NCBI GenBank assembly: GCA_903854535.1 | Contig: CAINWR010000027.1 | Span: 1 to 41,074 of the forward strand | Length of the DNA: 41,074 nt | Origin: Candidatus Staskawiczbacteria bacterium | Lineage (GTDB): Bacteria > Patescibacteriota > Minisyncoccia > Minisyncoccales > Staskawiczbacteraceae | Direction of reading: 5' to 3' | In this document: one piece after another, positions 1-9,951 of the stretch | Layout of the letters: each line of letters starts with the position of its first letter | How positions within the stretch are numbered: the stretch's first letter is position 1 | Translations under genes and position numbers: made by a program | Notes under the pieces: model-generated | The model's database searches: none | Told to the model about the DNA's origin: nothing | The model's input: the letters and a program-made list of their open reading frames with translations, nothing else

Positions 1-1655
1 AAGAACTGCAAGCCGAGCAAATGATAAAAATTCCTTTAGAATTAGTTGACCCTCAAAGAAATGAAAACTGGAAGGAAATAATTGATAAAGTTGTAGCAAA
101 AAGAGAGGAGCTAGAAAAAATTGCAATAAAATTGAAAAATAATAAAGGAGTTTATATAAGACCTATTGCTTTATTGCAGGCAGAAAGAGCAGGAAAAGAT
201 CAAGAACAAAATATAAATTTTGTGCATACAGAACACATTAAAAAATATTTACTTGAAAAACAAATTCCATTATCGCAAATTGCAATAAAAACCGCAGAAA
301 AAAATGAAATAAAAGAAGAAAATTTGTTATCAGAACAAAGTGAAATCCGCTATATTCTAACCAAAGAAGCATTAAAAGAGGGCTGGGATTGCTCTTTTGC
401 TTATGTTTTGGGAGTTATGCCAAATGCAAGAACAGAGTCATCTATGGTACAGTTAGTTGGTAGAATTTTAAGGCAACCATATGGAAAATATACAGAAGTT
501 GAGGCGTTAAATAAAAGCTATGTTTATTATTCTTATCATCGAGAGGGCAGTAGCGAGCAAGTTTTAAAAAATATTTGGAAGGGCTTTGAAGAAGAAGGTT
601 TGGAGGATTTATCAAAATTTGTTTCTAGTGATTCTGGTCCTAGTGGGTCAAAAGCTAAAATTGTTAAAATTAAAGAAAATATTCGCAAAAAATATCAGAA
701 TTCTTTATATTTGCCTACTTGGGTAATTACAAAAGAAAAACGAAAATTTTATTATGATACAGATATTAAAAAAAATATAAATTGGGATAATATAGATAAA
801 AAAGTTTTTGAATATCTGCAAGATAATATTTTAAACAATTTAAGTGAAATACAAAGTGATATTGGCTATCTTATAGATTTAGATAAAAAATCAGAAAAAA
901 TTGTTTTAGAGGAAACATATAAGAAAGAATATTTTGATGTTTTGTATTTAGCTAAAAGAATTTTTGAGGTTGTAGAAAATGGATTTATTTCTTATGATTT
1001 ATCTTTGAAAATTATTAAAAATTTAGAAAAATTAAAAAATACAAATTTATTAAAAAATAGATTTGGCTTTATTGCTTCGCAAGTTGTAGTATTTTTAGAA
1101 ACAGAGAAAAAAGAGCAAGAAAGAAAAGTTTTTGAGAAAATGCTTAATGGAAATATATTGAATTTGATTGTTTCAAATAATGCTTTGGGGTATAAATTAC
1201 CAGAAAAAATGGAAATTTATCCTGAAGGAAGAAATTACGAAAAAAATTTGTTTGAAGAGTCCAGCTCCGTATCTATGAATACATTGGAAAAAAGTGTTGC
1301 TCAACTAATTGATGAAAAAGAATCTGTCTTGTGGTGGGTGCGAAATTTTGCTAGAAGTAGGGGTTGGTATTTTGTAAAAGGTTGGCGAAAAAATAAAATT
1401 TATCCTGATTTTATTATTGCTCAAAAAGACAAAAATGAAAATTTAAAATTGGTTTATATTTTTGAATCAAAAGGAGAACATTTAATTGGTAATGAAGATA
1501 CAAATTATAAGAAAGCTATTTTTAATTTTATAAATTCGCAAAATAAAAATATAGAAGAAATTGATAATCTGAAGTTTAAAATAAATAAAAATTTTGATTT
1601 TGAATTTATTGAAGGGGAAAAAGAAGAACTGGAAATAAACAAATTATTAAACTAA
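1..1655 (+). CDS. Type III restriction endonuclease Res-like subunit (SF2 helicase C-terminal part + PD-(D/E)xK nuclease), 5'-truncated by the window edge
   Basis: Frame is open from the window edge (ELQAEQMIK). Helicase motifs ALKEGWDCSFAY and QLVGRILRQP; C-terminal YPDFII...FESKGEHL nuclease motif. Confidence 0.8.
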   Translation, partial: ELQAEQMIKIPLELVDPQRNENWKEIIDKVVAKREELEKIAIKLKNNKGVYIRPIALLQAERAGKDQEQNINFVHTEHIKKYLLEKQIPLSQIAIKTAEKNEIKEENLLSEQSEIRYILTKEALKEGWDCSFAYVLGVMPNARTESSMVQLVGRILRQPYGKYTEVEALNKSYVYYSYHREGSSEQVLKNIWKGFEEEGLEDLSKFVSSDSGPSGSKAKIVKIKENIRKKYQNSLYLPTWVITKEKRKFYYDTDIKKNINWDNIDKKVFEYLQDNILNNLSEIQSDIGYLIDLDKKSEKIVLEETYKKEYFDVLYLAKRIFEVVENGFISYDLSLKIIKNLEKLKNTNLLKNRFGFIASQVVVFLETEKKEQERKVFEKMLNGNILNLIVSNNALGYKLPEKMEIYPEGRNYEKNLFEESSSVSMNTLEKSVAQLIDEKESVLWWVRNFARSRGWYFVKGWRKNKIYPDFIIAQKDKNENLKLVYIFESKGEHLIGNEDTNYKKAIFNFINSQNKNIEEIDNLKFKINKNFDFEFIEGEKEELEINKLLN

Positions 1656-1708
1656 TTTCAATGGCTCAATGGGTTTTGTTGTTGGACTGATGGGATTTTG
1701 TGTTATAA

Positions 1709-1738
1709 CAATTCGCTCAAGCCCGTGTGAGCGAATTG
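1709..1738. repeat. 11-bp perfect inverted repeat (CGCTCA...TGAGCG hairpin family)
   Basis: caattcgctca-agcccgtg-tgagcgaattg; same core at 6336-6351 and 27869-27901. Confidence 0.7.
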
Positions 1739-1832
1739 CGTAAAAGTTTTGCACAACTTGGGTTGTGTTTTTTGTTTTGTAAAAATGTTAAAATAAACTA
1801 ATTTATTATTAAAATTAAAATTTAAAAATTTT

Positions 1833-2180
1833 ATGATTACAAAATTGCAAAAAGGTTTATTATGGTTATTTGGAGCAATGTTTTTAGTGCCCGAAATTTT
1901 ATGGAGTCCAGTTTTGAATTTCTCTTATTCTATTTGGGAAGGGAAAAATATCCCAACAATTTTGAGACCAAATTTTCTAATAAGTTCGGATTACAGGAAA
2001 TTGGCGATTGGGGTTGTTTTAATTCAGTGCTTGGGTTTAGTTATGAGTTTAATTTTTATTCTTAAGTCTGATTATAAAATTATTTTAAAAACATTTTTAT
2101 TAATTGTCGTATCTTTGTTGCTGATGTTATCAATATTAGTTTTTATTTTTTTGTTAGCCACAATTAACATGGGTTTTTAA
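1833..2180 (+). CDS. Small membrane protein, about 3 TM helices
   Basis: 115-aa ORF with three hydrophobic stretches, 23 bp upstream of the lipase-like gene. Confidence 0.65.
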   Translation: MITKLQKGLLWLFGAMFLVPEILWSPVLNFSYSIWEGKNIPTILRPNFLISSDYRKLAIGVVLIQCLGLVMSLIFILKSDYKIILKTFLLIVVSLLLMLSILVFIFLLATINMGF

Positions 2181-2203
2181 AATTATTATTAACAAAAAAT
2201 CTT

Positions 2204-4729
2204 ATGAAAAATAAAATCACAAATAAATTACTATCATTATTAATTTTGGTAACATTGTTAATTCCTCTGTTTTCGAATGCTTGGATTATTGTTCCCTCTG
2301 TAAACCTAACTATAGTTGTTAATACAGAAGGGCAAGAAAATAATTTTAACTTCAAAATTCAAAGTGAAGCTTACAACTGTGAATATGACCCAACAACAGG
2401 TGGAGAAATTTGTTCATATTCTTGGCAAGACATAGATAATTTTTCTTTGCAAACAATAAATTTTACAGCAGAAAAGAATTTCCCAGAATTTGGTGCTTAT
2501 GGACCATATAAAATTACTCAAGAAATACAAGCAGGTTTTAGGATTGATAGTATAAGTTGTATTAGTGAAGATCCAGAAAACCTTTTTGCATATCAGCCAG
2601 ATGGAATAATTTTTACTCCAAAAGCTTGGACAAGCATAATTTGTAGTTTTAATAATAAAAAAGTTACAGATAAAACTCCTGTTTTGATTGTTCCTGGGAT
2701 TACTGGGACGGAAATGAAAAAAGATAGCGAGTTGTTGTGGGCAGATATTACAAGAATGTTAAATCCGTTACAATCAGACAGTTTTTTAGATCCATTAGCG
2801 TTTAATGATGATTTAAGTCCTTCAGATGTCGGAGTTTTTACAGGTGATGTTTTAAGAAATCCAAATGGACTTTTCGATTATACTCAATCTCTTATTAGCG
2901 AATTTATTAATCAAGGATATATTGAGAACGAGACTCTTTTTACATTTCCTTATGATTGGCGATATGGGGTGAGTGGTGTGAATGGAGATGGCTCGCCCAA
3001 TGGCGAAGCGGGCAAAACTAATTCTGATTTGCTAAAAGAAAAAATAATACAGATTCTACAGCAAACAGGGGCAAGCAAGGTTGATGTAATAGCTCACAGT
3101 ATGGGTGGATTAATTGTTAAAAAATATGTGATAGACAATACAGACCCAGCAAACCACAAAATCAATAAAGCAGTATTTGTGGGGGTACCGAATACAGGTT
3201 CGGTAAAAGCTGTAAAAGGTTTGATATTGGGTGATAATATGGGAGTATATTTTGGCCCACTTGGATTAAATGATAATGAAATGAGAAAAATATCTGCCAA
3301 TATGCCCGGGGTTTATGACCTTTTGCCTTCACAGAAATATTATGACACTAAGGGCAGTTTTATTAAAACCATAGACTACAAAAACCCAATTAATTTGTTT
3401 GACGATGAAGTAAAAGATTTAAATTATCAGGAGTTTGAAAATTATTTAGTGCAAGATAAAAATTTAAATGGTCAGGCATTTAATAATTCTGAAAATCTGC
3501 ACACACAGAGTTATGATGATTTTGATTTAAGAACAGCGGGAATAGATTTGTATAGAATAACAGGATGCAAGGCAGGAACTATGAATAAAATTACAGAAAG
3601 AAAAGAAGGAATTATGAGCCTTTGGGAAGGCATGGAATTTGGCAAGGGAGACGGTACGGTTATTTTGGAAAGTTCTACAAATTTACCCATAGATCAAGAT
3701 AAGAAATATTTTGCCCTTGTTTCTGATCACGGAAAAATGCTAAGTCAAAATGGTATTCGCCAACAGATTGCAAACATAATATCGGGTAGTAATTTGGCAG
3801 TTAGCTCAAGTATAATTACGCAAGATGTAAACCAGTGCCAGCTTAATGGCAAGGCAATAGAAGTTTTTAGCCCTGTAGATATTTTTGTTACAGATCAAAA
3901 TGGAAACAAACTTGGTTTGGCAGAAGATAAAAGCACAATCAACGAAATTCCAAACGCCAGTTTTGAGATAATGGGCGAACATAAGTTTGTATACTTACCA
4001 ACAGATAATAACCAAACATATACAATAAATATGCAAGGCACAGGCACAGGAACATACACAATAAATGTAAAAGACATTCAAAATACAGAAACTACAAAAA
4101 TAGAAAGCTTTATTAATTTACCAGTTACTGCAAGTTTGATTGGCACAGTCAATTTGGCTGAGGCAAGGTCTCAGACAACTTTAACTGTAAAAGAAACTCC
4201 AAGTTCTGAAGTAATTACAATTTATCCAACTCCAGAGGATACTATTGCTCCAGAGGTGGTAATTGAGTTTGATCCAGTTAAAAAAGATTTAAAGTTTTCT
4301 GGTAAAGATAATTTGAGTCTACCTTCAGAAATAACAATTACAGATAAAGATGATATAATCACGCTTACCGACGAAGCAGGTAACACAACTGAAATTAAGC
4401 TTAAAGACAAAAACAGAAAAATAACAATGAAAGCCGAAATCAAGTCCATAAAGTATAATGGAAAGCTTGCAGATACAAGCAAAAACAAAATGGCATTCTT
4501 GTGGCTATATGACAAAAATAAAAATCTTAAAATGCTTTCCCAATATGTAGCTTCAACCCTTCGACATAGCTCAGGGCAAGAGAAAGATTATAATGTGTTG
4601 GCAGTTTATAACGGCAAAAATACAACCTTGCTTGGCAAAGATGCTTCGGGTAAAATACTTAAAACTGAGAAAGGTTTAAAGATTCTCAAGGTCACCACAA
4701 ACAATGGAGACCTAAATTGGAGTTATTAG
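2204..4729 (+). CDS. Secreted alpha/beta-hydrolase (LCAT/PGAP1-like lipase/acyltransferase) with extra beta-rich domains
   Basis: Signal peptide; PVLIVPGITGT, FPYDWR, nucleophile elbow IAHSMGG, GVPNTGS, GDGTV, and late His (SDHGKM). Confidence 0.8.
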   Translation: MKNKITNKLLSLLILVTLLIPLFSNAWIIVPSVNLTIVVNTEGQENNFNFKIQSEAYNCEYDPTTGGEICSYSWQDIDNFSLQTINFTAEKNFPEFGAYGPYKITQEIQAGFRIDSISCISEDPENLFAYQPDGIIFTPKAWTSIICSFNNKKVTDKTPVLIVPGITGTEMKKDSELLWADITRMLNPLQSDSFLDPLAFNDDLSPSDVGVFTGDVLRNPNGLFDYTQSLISEFINQGYIENETLFTFPYDWRYGVSGVNGDGSPNGEAGKTNSDLLKEKIIQILQQTGASKVDVIAHSMGGLIVKKYVIDNTDPANHKINKAVFVGVPNTGSVKAVKGLILGDNMGVYFGPLGLNDNEMRKISANMPGVYDLLPSQKYYDTKGSFIKTIDYKNPINLFDDEVKDLNYQEFENYLVQDKNLNGQAFNNSENLHTQSYDDFDLRTAGIDLYRITGCKAGTMNKITERKEGIMSLWEGMEFGKGDGTVILESSTNLPIDQDKKYFALVSDHGKMLSQNGIRQQIANIISGSNLAVSSSIITQDVNQCQLNGKAIEVFSPVDIFVTDQNGNKLGLAEDKSTINEIPNASFEIMGEHKFVYLPTDNNQTYTINMQGTGTGTYTINVKDIQNTETTKIESFINLPVTASLIGTVNLAEARSQTTLTVKETPSSEVITIYPTPEDTIAPEVVIEFDPVKKDLKFSGKDNLSLPSEITITDKDDIITLTDEAGNTTEIKLKDKNRKITMKAEIKSIKYNGKLADTSKNKMAFLWLYDKNKNLKMLSQYVASTLRHSSGQEKDYNVLAVYNGKNTTLLGKDASGKILKTEKGLKILKVTTNNGDLNWSY
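2992..3012. repeat. 21-bp palindromic element CTCGCC-N6-CGAAGCGGG, in frame in lipase gene
   Basis: ctcgcc-caatgg-cgaagcggg; same arms at 11855-11875. Confidence 0.65.
4556..4580. repeat. REP-like element (CCCTTCGAC..GCTCAGGGCA), in frame in lipase gene
   Basis: Reverse complement matches intergenic 6276-6300 at 22/25; degenerate copy at 13186-13208. Confidence 0.7.
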
Positions 4730-4817
4730 CGCAAGTTATGGACTTTTGGAATATAATATGCTATTATAATCGTATATTATGTTAAAAATAACATAATACA
4801 CGAACAAAGTAATAAAT

Positions 4818-5432
4818 ATGCAATTTATTGATTTTAAGCAACAATTAAGTAATTTTGTAATTTTTAATCTGGCTGATATAAGAAAAATCGAGGCAGGTTT
4901 TGATTTACGCAGATTATCTGAGTGGCAAAACAAGAGCTATATAAAAATGATCCGCAAGGGTTATTACATATTTTCTGATATAGAAATAAACGAGCAGATT
5001 TTGTTTTTGATTGCAAACAAAATTTATGAGCCGTCTTATGTTTCTTGCGAAATGGCTTTGTCTTTTTATGGGCTCATTCCAGAAGGAGTTTATTCTGTAA
5101 CTTCAATTTCAAGTAAAAACACAAGTAGGTTTAAGACACCCGTTGCCGAGTTCTCGTATCGCAAGGTAAAGCCAGAATTATTTTTTGGCTATAAGTTAAT
5201 GACGATAAATAACCAACAATATAAAATTGCAGAAATTGAAAAGACAGTTTTGGATTATTTGTATTTAAATCCGCAAATGAAAGATAGTGCAAACTTTTCA
5301 GAGTGGAGGTTTAACGCTCAAGATTTTTTAGCAAAAGTAAATATGGAAAAGTTTAATGAATATTTAAAAGTTTTTAACAACAAACAACTAAACAAAAGAG
5401 CAGAAAAATTTTTAAAGTTTATTAAGCAATAA
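4818..5432 (+). CDS. abiEi: AbiEi-like antitoxin / transcriptional regulator (type IV TA)
   Basis: wHTH-like N-terminus with IRKGYY, PSYVSCEMALSFYGLIPE, IAEIEKTVLDYLY; 5 bp upstream of an AbiEii gene. Confidence 0.8.
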   Translation: MQFIDFKQQLSNFVIFNLADIRKIEAGFDLRRLSEWQNKSYIKMIRKGYYIFSDIEINEQILFLIANKIYEPSYVSCEMALSFYGLIPEGVYSVTSISSKNTSRFKTPVAEFSYRKVKPELFFGYKLMTINNQQYKIAEIEKTVLDYLYLNPQMKDSANFSEWRFNAQDFLAKVNMEKFNEYLKVFNNKQLNKRAEKFLKFIKQ

Positions 5433-5437
5433 AAATT

Positions 5438-6223
5438 ATGTTAACCTTGCAACAGATAGAACAGCAATACCCAGAAAATATACGGGCATTTAAGCGGGGA
5501 ATTTTGCGTGAGTATTTGCAATACAAAATTTTAGAGATTATTTTTTCTTCTGAATTTGCCAGTAAGCTTTCTTTTATGGGTGGCACGGTTCTGCGACTGG
5601 TTTATGGAAATACAAGATTTTCAGAAGATCTGGATTTTGATAATTTTGGTCTTACAGAAAATGAATTTAACACATTGTCTCTAATAATTAAAAAGGGCTT
5701 GGAAGCACAGGGCTTAAAAACAGAAATTAACACAGTTGCTAAAGGAGTTTTTAGATGCAATATACGGCTACCAGAAATTTTGTTTGCTAACCAACTTTCA
5801 CCATTTAGAGAAGAAAAGATTTTAATTCAGGTAGATTCTTTTGCTCAAAATTTTGATTACAAACCGGAAAAAAAGAACATCAATAAGTTTGATGTGTTTT
5901 CTGAGATTTTTACAACCCCGCCAGATGTTTTACTTTCTCAAAAGATTTATGCAATTTTCAATCGAAAAAGAGCCAAGGGTAGGGATTTTTACGACATTGT
6001 GTTTTTGCTTTCTTTTGCAAAGCCCAATTATGAATACTTACAGCAAAAGTTAAACATAAGTTCGCCAGATGAGTTAAAGCAAAAAATTGCTTTGATTTGT
6101 AGGGAATTAAATTTTGCGGAATTGGCAAAAGATGCCGAGCCATTTTTATTCTCACCTCAAGATAGTAAAAAGATTAAGCTATTTTTAGATATAGTGAGTA
6201 GTGGGGTAGGGCAAATAATTTAA
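5438..6223 (+). CDS. abiEii: AbiEii/AbiGii nucleotidyltransferase toxin (type IV TA)
   Basis: FMGGTVLRLVYGNTRFSEDLDF and KIYAIFNRKRAKGRDFYD motifs. Confidence 0.88.
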   Translation: MLTLQQIEQQYPENIRAFKRGILREYLQYKILEIIFSSEFASKLSFMGGTVLRLVYGNTRFSEDLDFDNFGLTENEFNTLSLIIKKGLEAQGLKTEINTVAKGVFRCNIRLPEILFANQLSPFREEKILIQVDSFAQNFDYKPEKKNINKFDVFSEIFTTPPDVLLSQKIYAIFNRKRAKGRDFYDIVFLLSFAKPNYEYLQQKLNISSPDELKQKIALICRELNFAELAKDAEPFLFSPQDSKKIKLFLDIVSSGVGQII

Positions 6224-6275
6224 TAGAGTTTGGCTTGTGTTTGTGACAGATCTGGAATGAAAAAGCTTTCGTCGG

Positions 6276-6300
6276 CCTGCCCTGAGCCGTGTCGAAGGGT
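6276..6300. repeat. REP-like element, intergenic copy
   Basis: cctgccctgagccgtgtcgaagggt, inverted relative to 4556-4580. Confidence 0.7.
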
Positions 6301-6333
6301 AGTTTGCCAAAAAGTTCTAACAGCATCTACTAG

Positions 6334-6377
6334 CCCGCTCAAGCATGAGCGAGGCTCGCCAGTGGCGGCCCGCTCCA
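6334..6377 (+). repeat. Double-hairpin element ending in CCCGCTCCA (copy 1)
   Basis: cccgctca-agca-tgagcgaggctcgcca-gt-ggcggcccgctcca; near-identical to 27867-27926. Confidence 0.75.
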
Positions 6378-6379
6378 AG

Positions 6380-6407
6380 AAAAAATCACATTTAAATGTG
6401 ATTTTTT
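6380..6407. terminator. Probable bidirectional intrinsic terminator
   Basis: aaaaaatcacatttaaatgtgatttttt palindrome between convergent genes. Confidence 0.55.
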
Positions 6408-6431
6408 ACTGTATGATTATTATTATAGTTT

Positions 6432-7844
6432 TTAGAATATTAATCCTTGGCAATCAGAGCTCATTGTGCCGTTATCAATAAATCCTTGTATACATGTAGC
6501 TCTTCTATATACACTGTTTGCATAAGCAGAAGATCCGCCATAATATCTTGAAGCAGCATTTTTTTCTGCTGTAGCTGTCTGTTTATCAGCTCCAAGATCT
6601 GCAAGATAAAGTCCAGAAGCTGTAAAAGAGTCTTTAATAGCCCATGGGTCTGGTGATTTTCCTAAAAGTGTTTTGAGTTTATCATCATATAATTTCCAAG
6701 TAGATGGTATGAACTGAGCTGGTCCCATAGCTCCACCCCAACCTGAAGGTTGGCCCGAATAATAGACTGGTATCCAACAGGATACAGGTGTGTTAAAAGG
6801 GTCTTTACCCAATCTTGTTGTAATTTCAACAAATGGCAATACATCTCTAGTTGGTTTCATTACCCTAATAACTGTAGCTCCGGTTTTAATTCTTTTCCCA
6901 GTTCCAGTACTTTTATCTACTAAAACACATTGCCCAACATTTTTACCAATAGCTGACTCTTGGCTTATAATTGCCAGCAAGAAAGCTGGTCTTAATCCTA
7001 CCAAACTAGCTGCTGATTTTGCTATTTCTAATGCTTCTCCAAAAGTTGGGGCTTTTGAAACTCCAACCATTTCAAATAATTTAGCTCTAATAGCAGCTAC
7101 TTTTTTTTCAGCTTCTTGTTTATCTTTTAGTTGCTCTTGGTATTGAGCTTCAGTTAATTTTAAATATTGCTCTTTTTCTTTTTTGGCTTGTTCTGATTGT
7201 TGTTTTTGTAGATTTTGTAAAGCTATAGCTTTTTGTAATTCATCAACCTCATTATCCATTTTACTTTTTTGTTCTTCTAAGTAATTCTTTAGGTCTTGTG
7301 TGCTATCAAGTAATTCAGATACCTTAGAATTTAATCTTTCAAGATAAACTAAATTACTAAAAAAGTCAGAGATATTTCCCTCTAATAAAATTTCAATTGT
7401 TGATTTTTTATTTTCTTCATATATTGATCTTAAGATGTTTGTAATTTGTTCTTGAGAACTATAAATTTTATTTGATGTCTTATCAATTGAATTTTTAGTA
7501 TCACCAATTTGAATATTTAAACCCTTTACTTTAATAGTGCCTTGTTTTATTTGAGTTTCTAAACTAGAAATTTTTTGCTTAGAATTTGCAATAGCTGTGG
7601 TTAAAGTCTTTTTCTCAGCTGCGGTCTTGGTCATATCATTTGCTATTTTTTCAGCTTCTGCTTCATAGTACGTGGCACATTTTTCTAAGGTTATTTTACA
7701 GTCTGTAGCTGATAAATTAGAACAGCCGTTTTCATTTTCTGAAATATTTTTACATGTAGCAGATAGATCTTCAGCTAACGCAAAATAGGGCATAAAAACC
7801 CCTAGTAATAGTAATAAAAAACATGCGAAAAATTTCTTAAGCAT
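6432..7844 (-). CDS. Secreted coiled-coil protein with C-terminal lytic murein transglycosylase (SLT/MltB-like) domain
   Basis: Signal peptide, long PcsB/CwlO-like coiled coil, AIISQES catalytic Glu, GAMGPAQFIPSTW. Confidence 0.85.
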   Translation of the reverse strand: MLKKFFACFLLLLLGVFMPYFALAEDLSATCKNISENENGCSNLSATDCKITLEKCATYYEAEAEKIANDMTKTAAEKKTLTTAIANSKQKISSLETQIKQGTIKVKGLNIQIGDTKNSIDKTSNKIYSSQEQITNILRSIYEENKKSTIEILLEGNISDFFSNLVYLERLNSKVSELLDSTQDLKNYLEEQKSKMDNEVDELQKAIALQNLQKQQSEQAKKEKEQYLKLTEAQYQEQLKDKQEAEKKVAAIRAKLFEMVGVSKAPTFGEALEIAKSAASLVGLRPAFLLAIISQESAIGKNVGQCVLVDKSTGTGKRIKTGATVIRVMKPTRDVLPFVEITTRLGKDPFNTPVSCWIPVYYSGQPSGWGGAMGPAQFIPSTWKLYDDKLKTLLGKSPDPWAIKDSFTASGLYLADLGADKQTATAEKNAASRYYGGSSAYANSVYRRATCIQGFIDNGTMSSDCQGLIF

Positions 7845-7862
7845 GTTTTTATTATAAACTTA

Positions 7863-8519
7863 TTATTTAATTTCTTCAACTACATCCTCAGTTTTCTTCT
7901 CTTTTTCTACTTTTTCAACTTTGCTTACATCTTCTTCTACCGGTGTAGATAATTCTTCTTCAACGCTTTCTACAGCTACAGCAACAGCTATAATTTCCTC
8001 AGGCTTTTTTAAGATTTCTACATTACTTGCAACTTTCAAATCTTTAATTAAAATATGATCTCCAATGTTCTTTAATAAAGTTAAATCAACTTTAATTTCA
8101 TGTGGTAAATTTTGTGGTAAAGCTTTGACTTCTATTTCTGTAAAATTTTTCACTAAATTAGCTCCCAAATCTTTTACTGCAAAAGATATGCCTTCAAACA
8201 CTAGTGGTATTGCTACTTCTACTTCTTCTTTAAGGGAGGCTTGGAAAAAGTCTATATGAATAGGACTGCCTGTTATAGGATCTCTCTGAATTTCGTGAAT
8301 TAAAACAGATCTTTTTTCTTTTTTGTCATCTATAGATAATTCAATTAATGAGCTTTCTCCTGCAACTTTTAAAACTTTTAAGAATTCTTTTAAATTTACT
8401 TCTATAGAAGCATTTTTCTCTCCTGGCCCATAAACTACAGCAGGTACAATATCTTGCATTCTTAACTTATTAGTAAGCCTACCAAGAATTGTCCTTGTTT
8501 TTGCATTTAAAGTAATCAT
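7863..8519 (-). CDS. rplY: 50S ribosomal protein L25 (Ctc form)
   Basis: VPAVVYG, IQRDPITGSPIHIDF, ALPQNLPHEIKVD; start taken at MITLNAK (8519). Confidence 0.93.
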   Translation of the reverse strand: MITLNAKTRTILGRLTNKLRMQDIVPAVVYGPGEKNASIEVNLKEFLKVLKVAGESSLIELSIDDKKEKRSVLIHEIQRDPITGSPIHIDFFQASLKEEVEVAIPLVFEGISFAVKDLGANLVKNFTEIEVKALPQNLPHEIKVDLTLLKNIGDHILIKDLKVASNVEILKKPEEIIAVAVAVESVEEELSTPVEEDVSKVEKVEKEKKTEDVVEEIK

Positions 8520-8599
8520 ATTTTTAAAATCAATCCCTACTCTCATCTTTTAATTTATTACTAAGAAATTAAAAGATTACCATTGTGATTAATTATTTT

Positions 8600-8818
8600 T
8601 TATTTCTCTATTATTATACATTGAACAGGGCAAGATTCTGCTGCTGTTTGTGCGCTATCTAAATCATTTGTTTCAAGCTCGAAATTTCCAGCTGAGTTTT
8701 TTTCACAACCTTTTAATTTTGATTTGCCATCATCTGCCATTTCAAAATATTTTGAGCATACAGCTGCGCATGACCCGCAACCAATGCATTTTTCATGTTC
8801 TATTATAATTTTCGCCAT
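8600..8818 (-). CDS. Single-cluster ferredoxin
   Basis: CIGCGSC ... CPVQCI. Confidence 0.9.
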   Translation of the reverse strand: MAKIIIEHEKCIGCGSCAAVCSKYFEMADDGKSKLKGCEKNSAGNFELETNDLDSAQTAAESCPVQCIIIEK

Positions 8819-8893
8819 AAAAATTTTATATTTAATAATGTTTATATATTAGTATATTTTAGTCTTTTTGTAAATACCTGTCTGTAAAATAAT

Positions 8894-9880
8894 CTATTTA
8901 ATTTCTTCTTTTTCTACTTTTACTTTTTCAAATTCTTGCAAGCTGGTTAAAAGGCCATTTTTAGCTCCAGTTTGAGATAAGCAACTTGTAGAATTAGCAA
9001 TGCCAAGCTGAATGGCTTTCTCAATATTACCATTTTCTTTAATAAATGCTGATACAAATCCAGAAGCAAAAGCATCACCAGCTCCTACTGTATCAGCTAC
9101 TTGGGTTTTAAGAGTTTTAGCTGAATAAATGAATTCTCCATCAGAAACTACTACACCATCTTTGCCTTTAGTCATAATTGCAATTCCTGGGCAAAGTTTA
9201 TCTAATTTTTCAAAAATTTGTTTTTCTTTTTTAAATGGAATCTTAGTAAGAAAAGAAGCTTCTTCTTGATTGAGAATTAAAATATCTATTTTAGCTAATA
9301 TTTTTTTAAGTAAAGCTTTTGGTAAAGATAATTGAGAGTGACCTGGATTAGCAACTGTTTTTATGTTATTTTCTTTAGCAAAATCCACAATAGCTTCAAA
9401 GTTATTGCACAAATCTCCAGCAAGTGGAGCTAAATAAAACCATCTTGTTTCTCTTATGTCTTGCCAAGGAATCATATCTTTGTGCAAAAGCTCAGAAGCT
9501 CCTCTGTATACAAATATAGTGCGATCTTCTTTGAGCCCAGAAAGCACTACAGAGTGGCTGGTGGCTCTTTCAGAAAATCTTTTTACAAAACGAATATCTA
9601 CATTAAATTTAGAAAGTTCATCAATCAGAGCTGTTCCCGAAACATCAAGCCCTACTGCTCCGCAAAAAGCAGTTAAAAATCCTTGCTTAGCAAATCCAGC
9701 TGCTGTATTAGTTCCACCTCCACCAGAAGAAAAGTGCATTTCTTCTACATCAACTTTACTGCCCAATCCAAAGCAAACTCCTTTGCCAGTAATAAATTTT
9801 GTTGATCCTAAAATTTTAAACTTTTCAGGTTTAATGTATATATCCTGAATAGCTGACCCAAATGTAATTATATCGTACAT
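8894..9880 (-). CDS. PfkB-family carbohydrate kinase
   Basis: GGGGTNTA, NQEEA, DTVGAGDAFASG. Confidence 0.92.
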   Translation of the reverse strand: MYDIITFGSAIQDIYIKPEKFKILGSTKFITGKGVCFGLGSKVDVEEMHFSSGGGGTNTAAGFAKQGFLTAFCGAVGLDVSGTALIDELSKFNVDIRFVKRFSERATSHSVVLSGLKEDRTIFVYRGASELLHKDMIPWQDIRETRWFYLAPLAGDLCNNFEAIVDFAKENNIKTVANPGHSQLSLPKALLKKILAKIDILILNQEEASFLTKIPFKKEKQIFEKLDKLCPGIAIMTKGKDGVVVSDGEFIYSAKTLKTQVADTVGAGDAFASGFVSAFIKENGNIEKAIQLGIANSTSCLSQTGAKNGLLTSLQEFEKVKVEKEEIK

Positions 9881-9887
9881 TTTTGTG

Positions 9888-9945
9888 AATTTTCAATTTT
9901 AAATTTCTAATTTTCAATAAATTTTTCAATTAGACAATTTTCAAT
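9888..9945. repeat. Degenerate heptamer array (AATTTTC)n
   Basis: Several aattttc-like units fill the intergenic spacer. Confidence 0.5.
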
Positions 9946-9951
9946 TGAATT

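Noticed and set aside
4556-6300. IS or transposon carrying AbiE
   Set aside because: No transposase and no target-site duplication seen; the inverted copies belong to a dispersed repeat that also occurs in ppsA.
6230-6481. 83-aa ORF after abiEii
   Set aside because: Built from palindromic repeats and a terminator, and overlaps the convergent gene.
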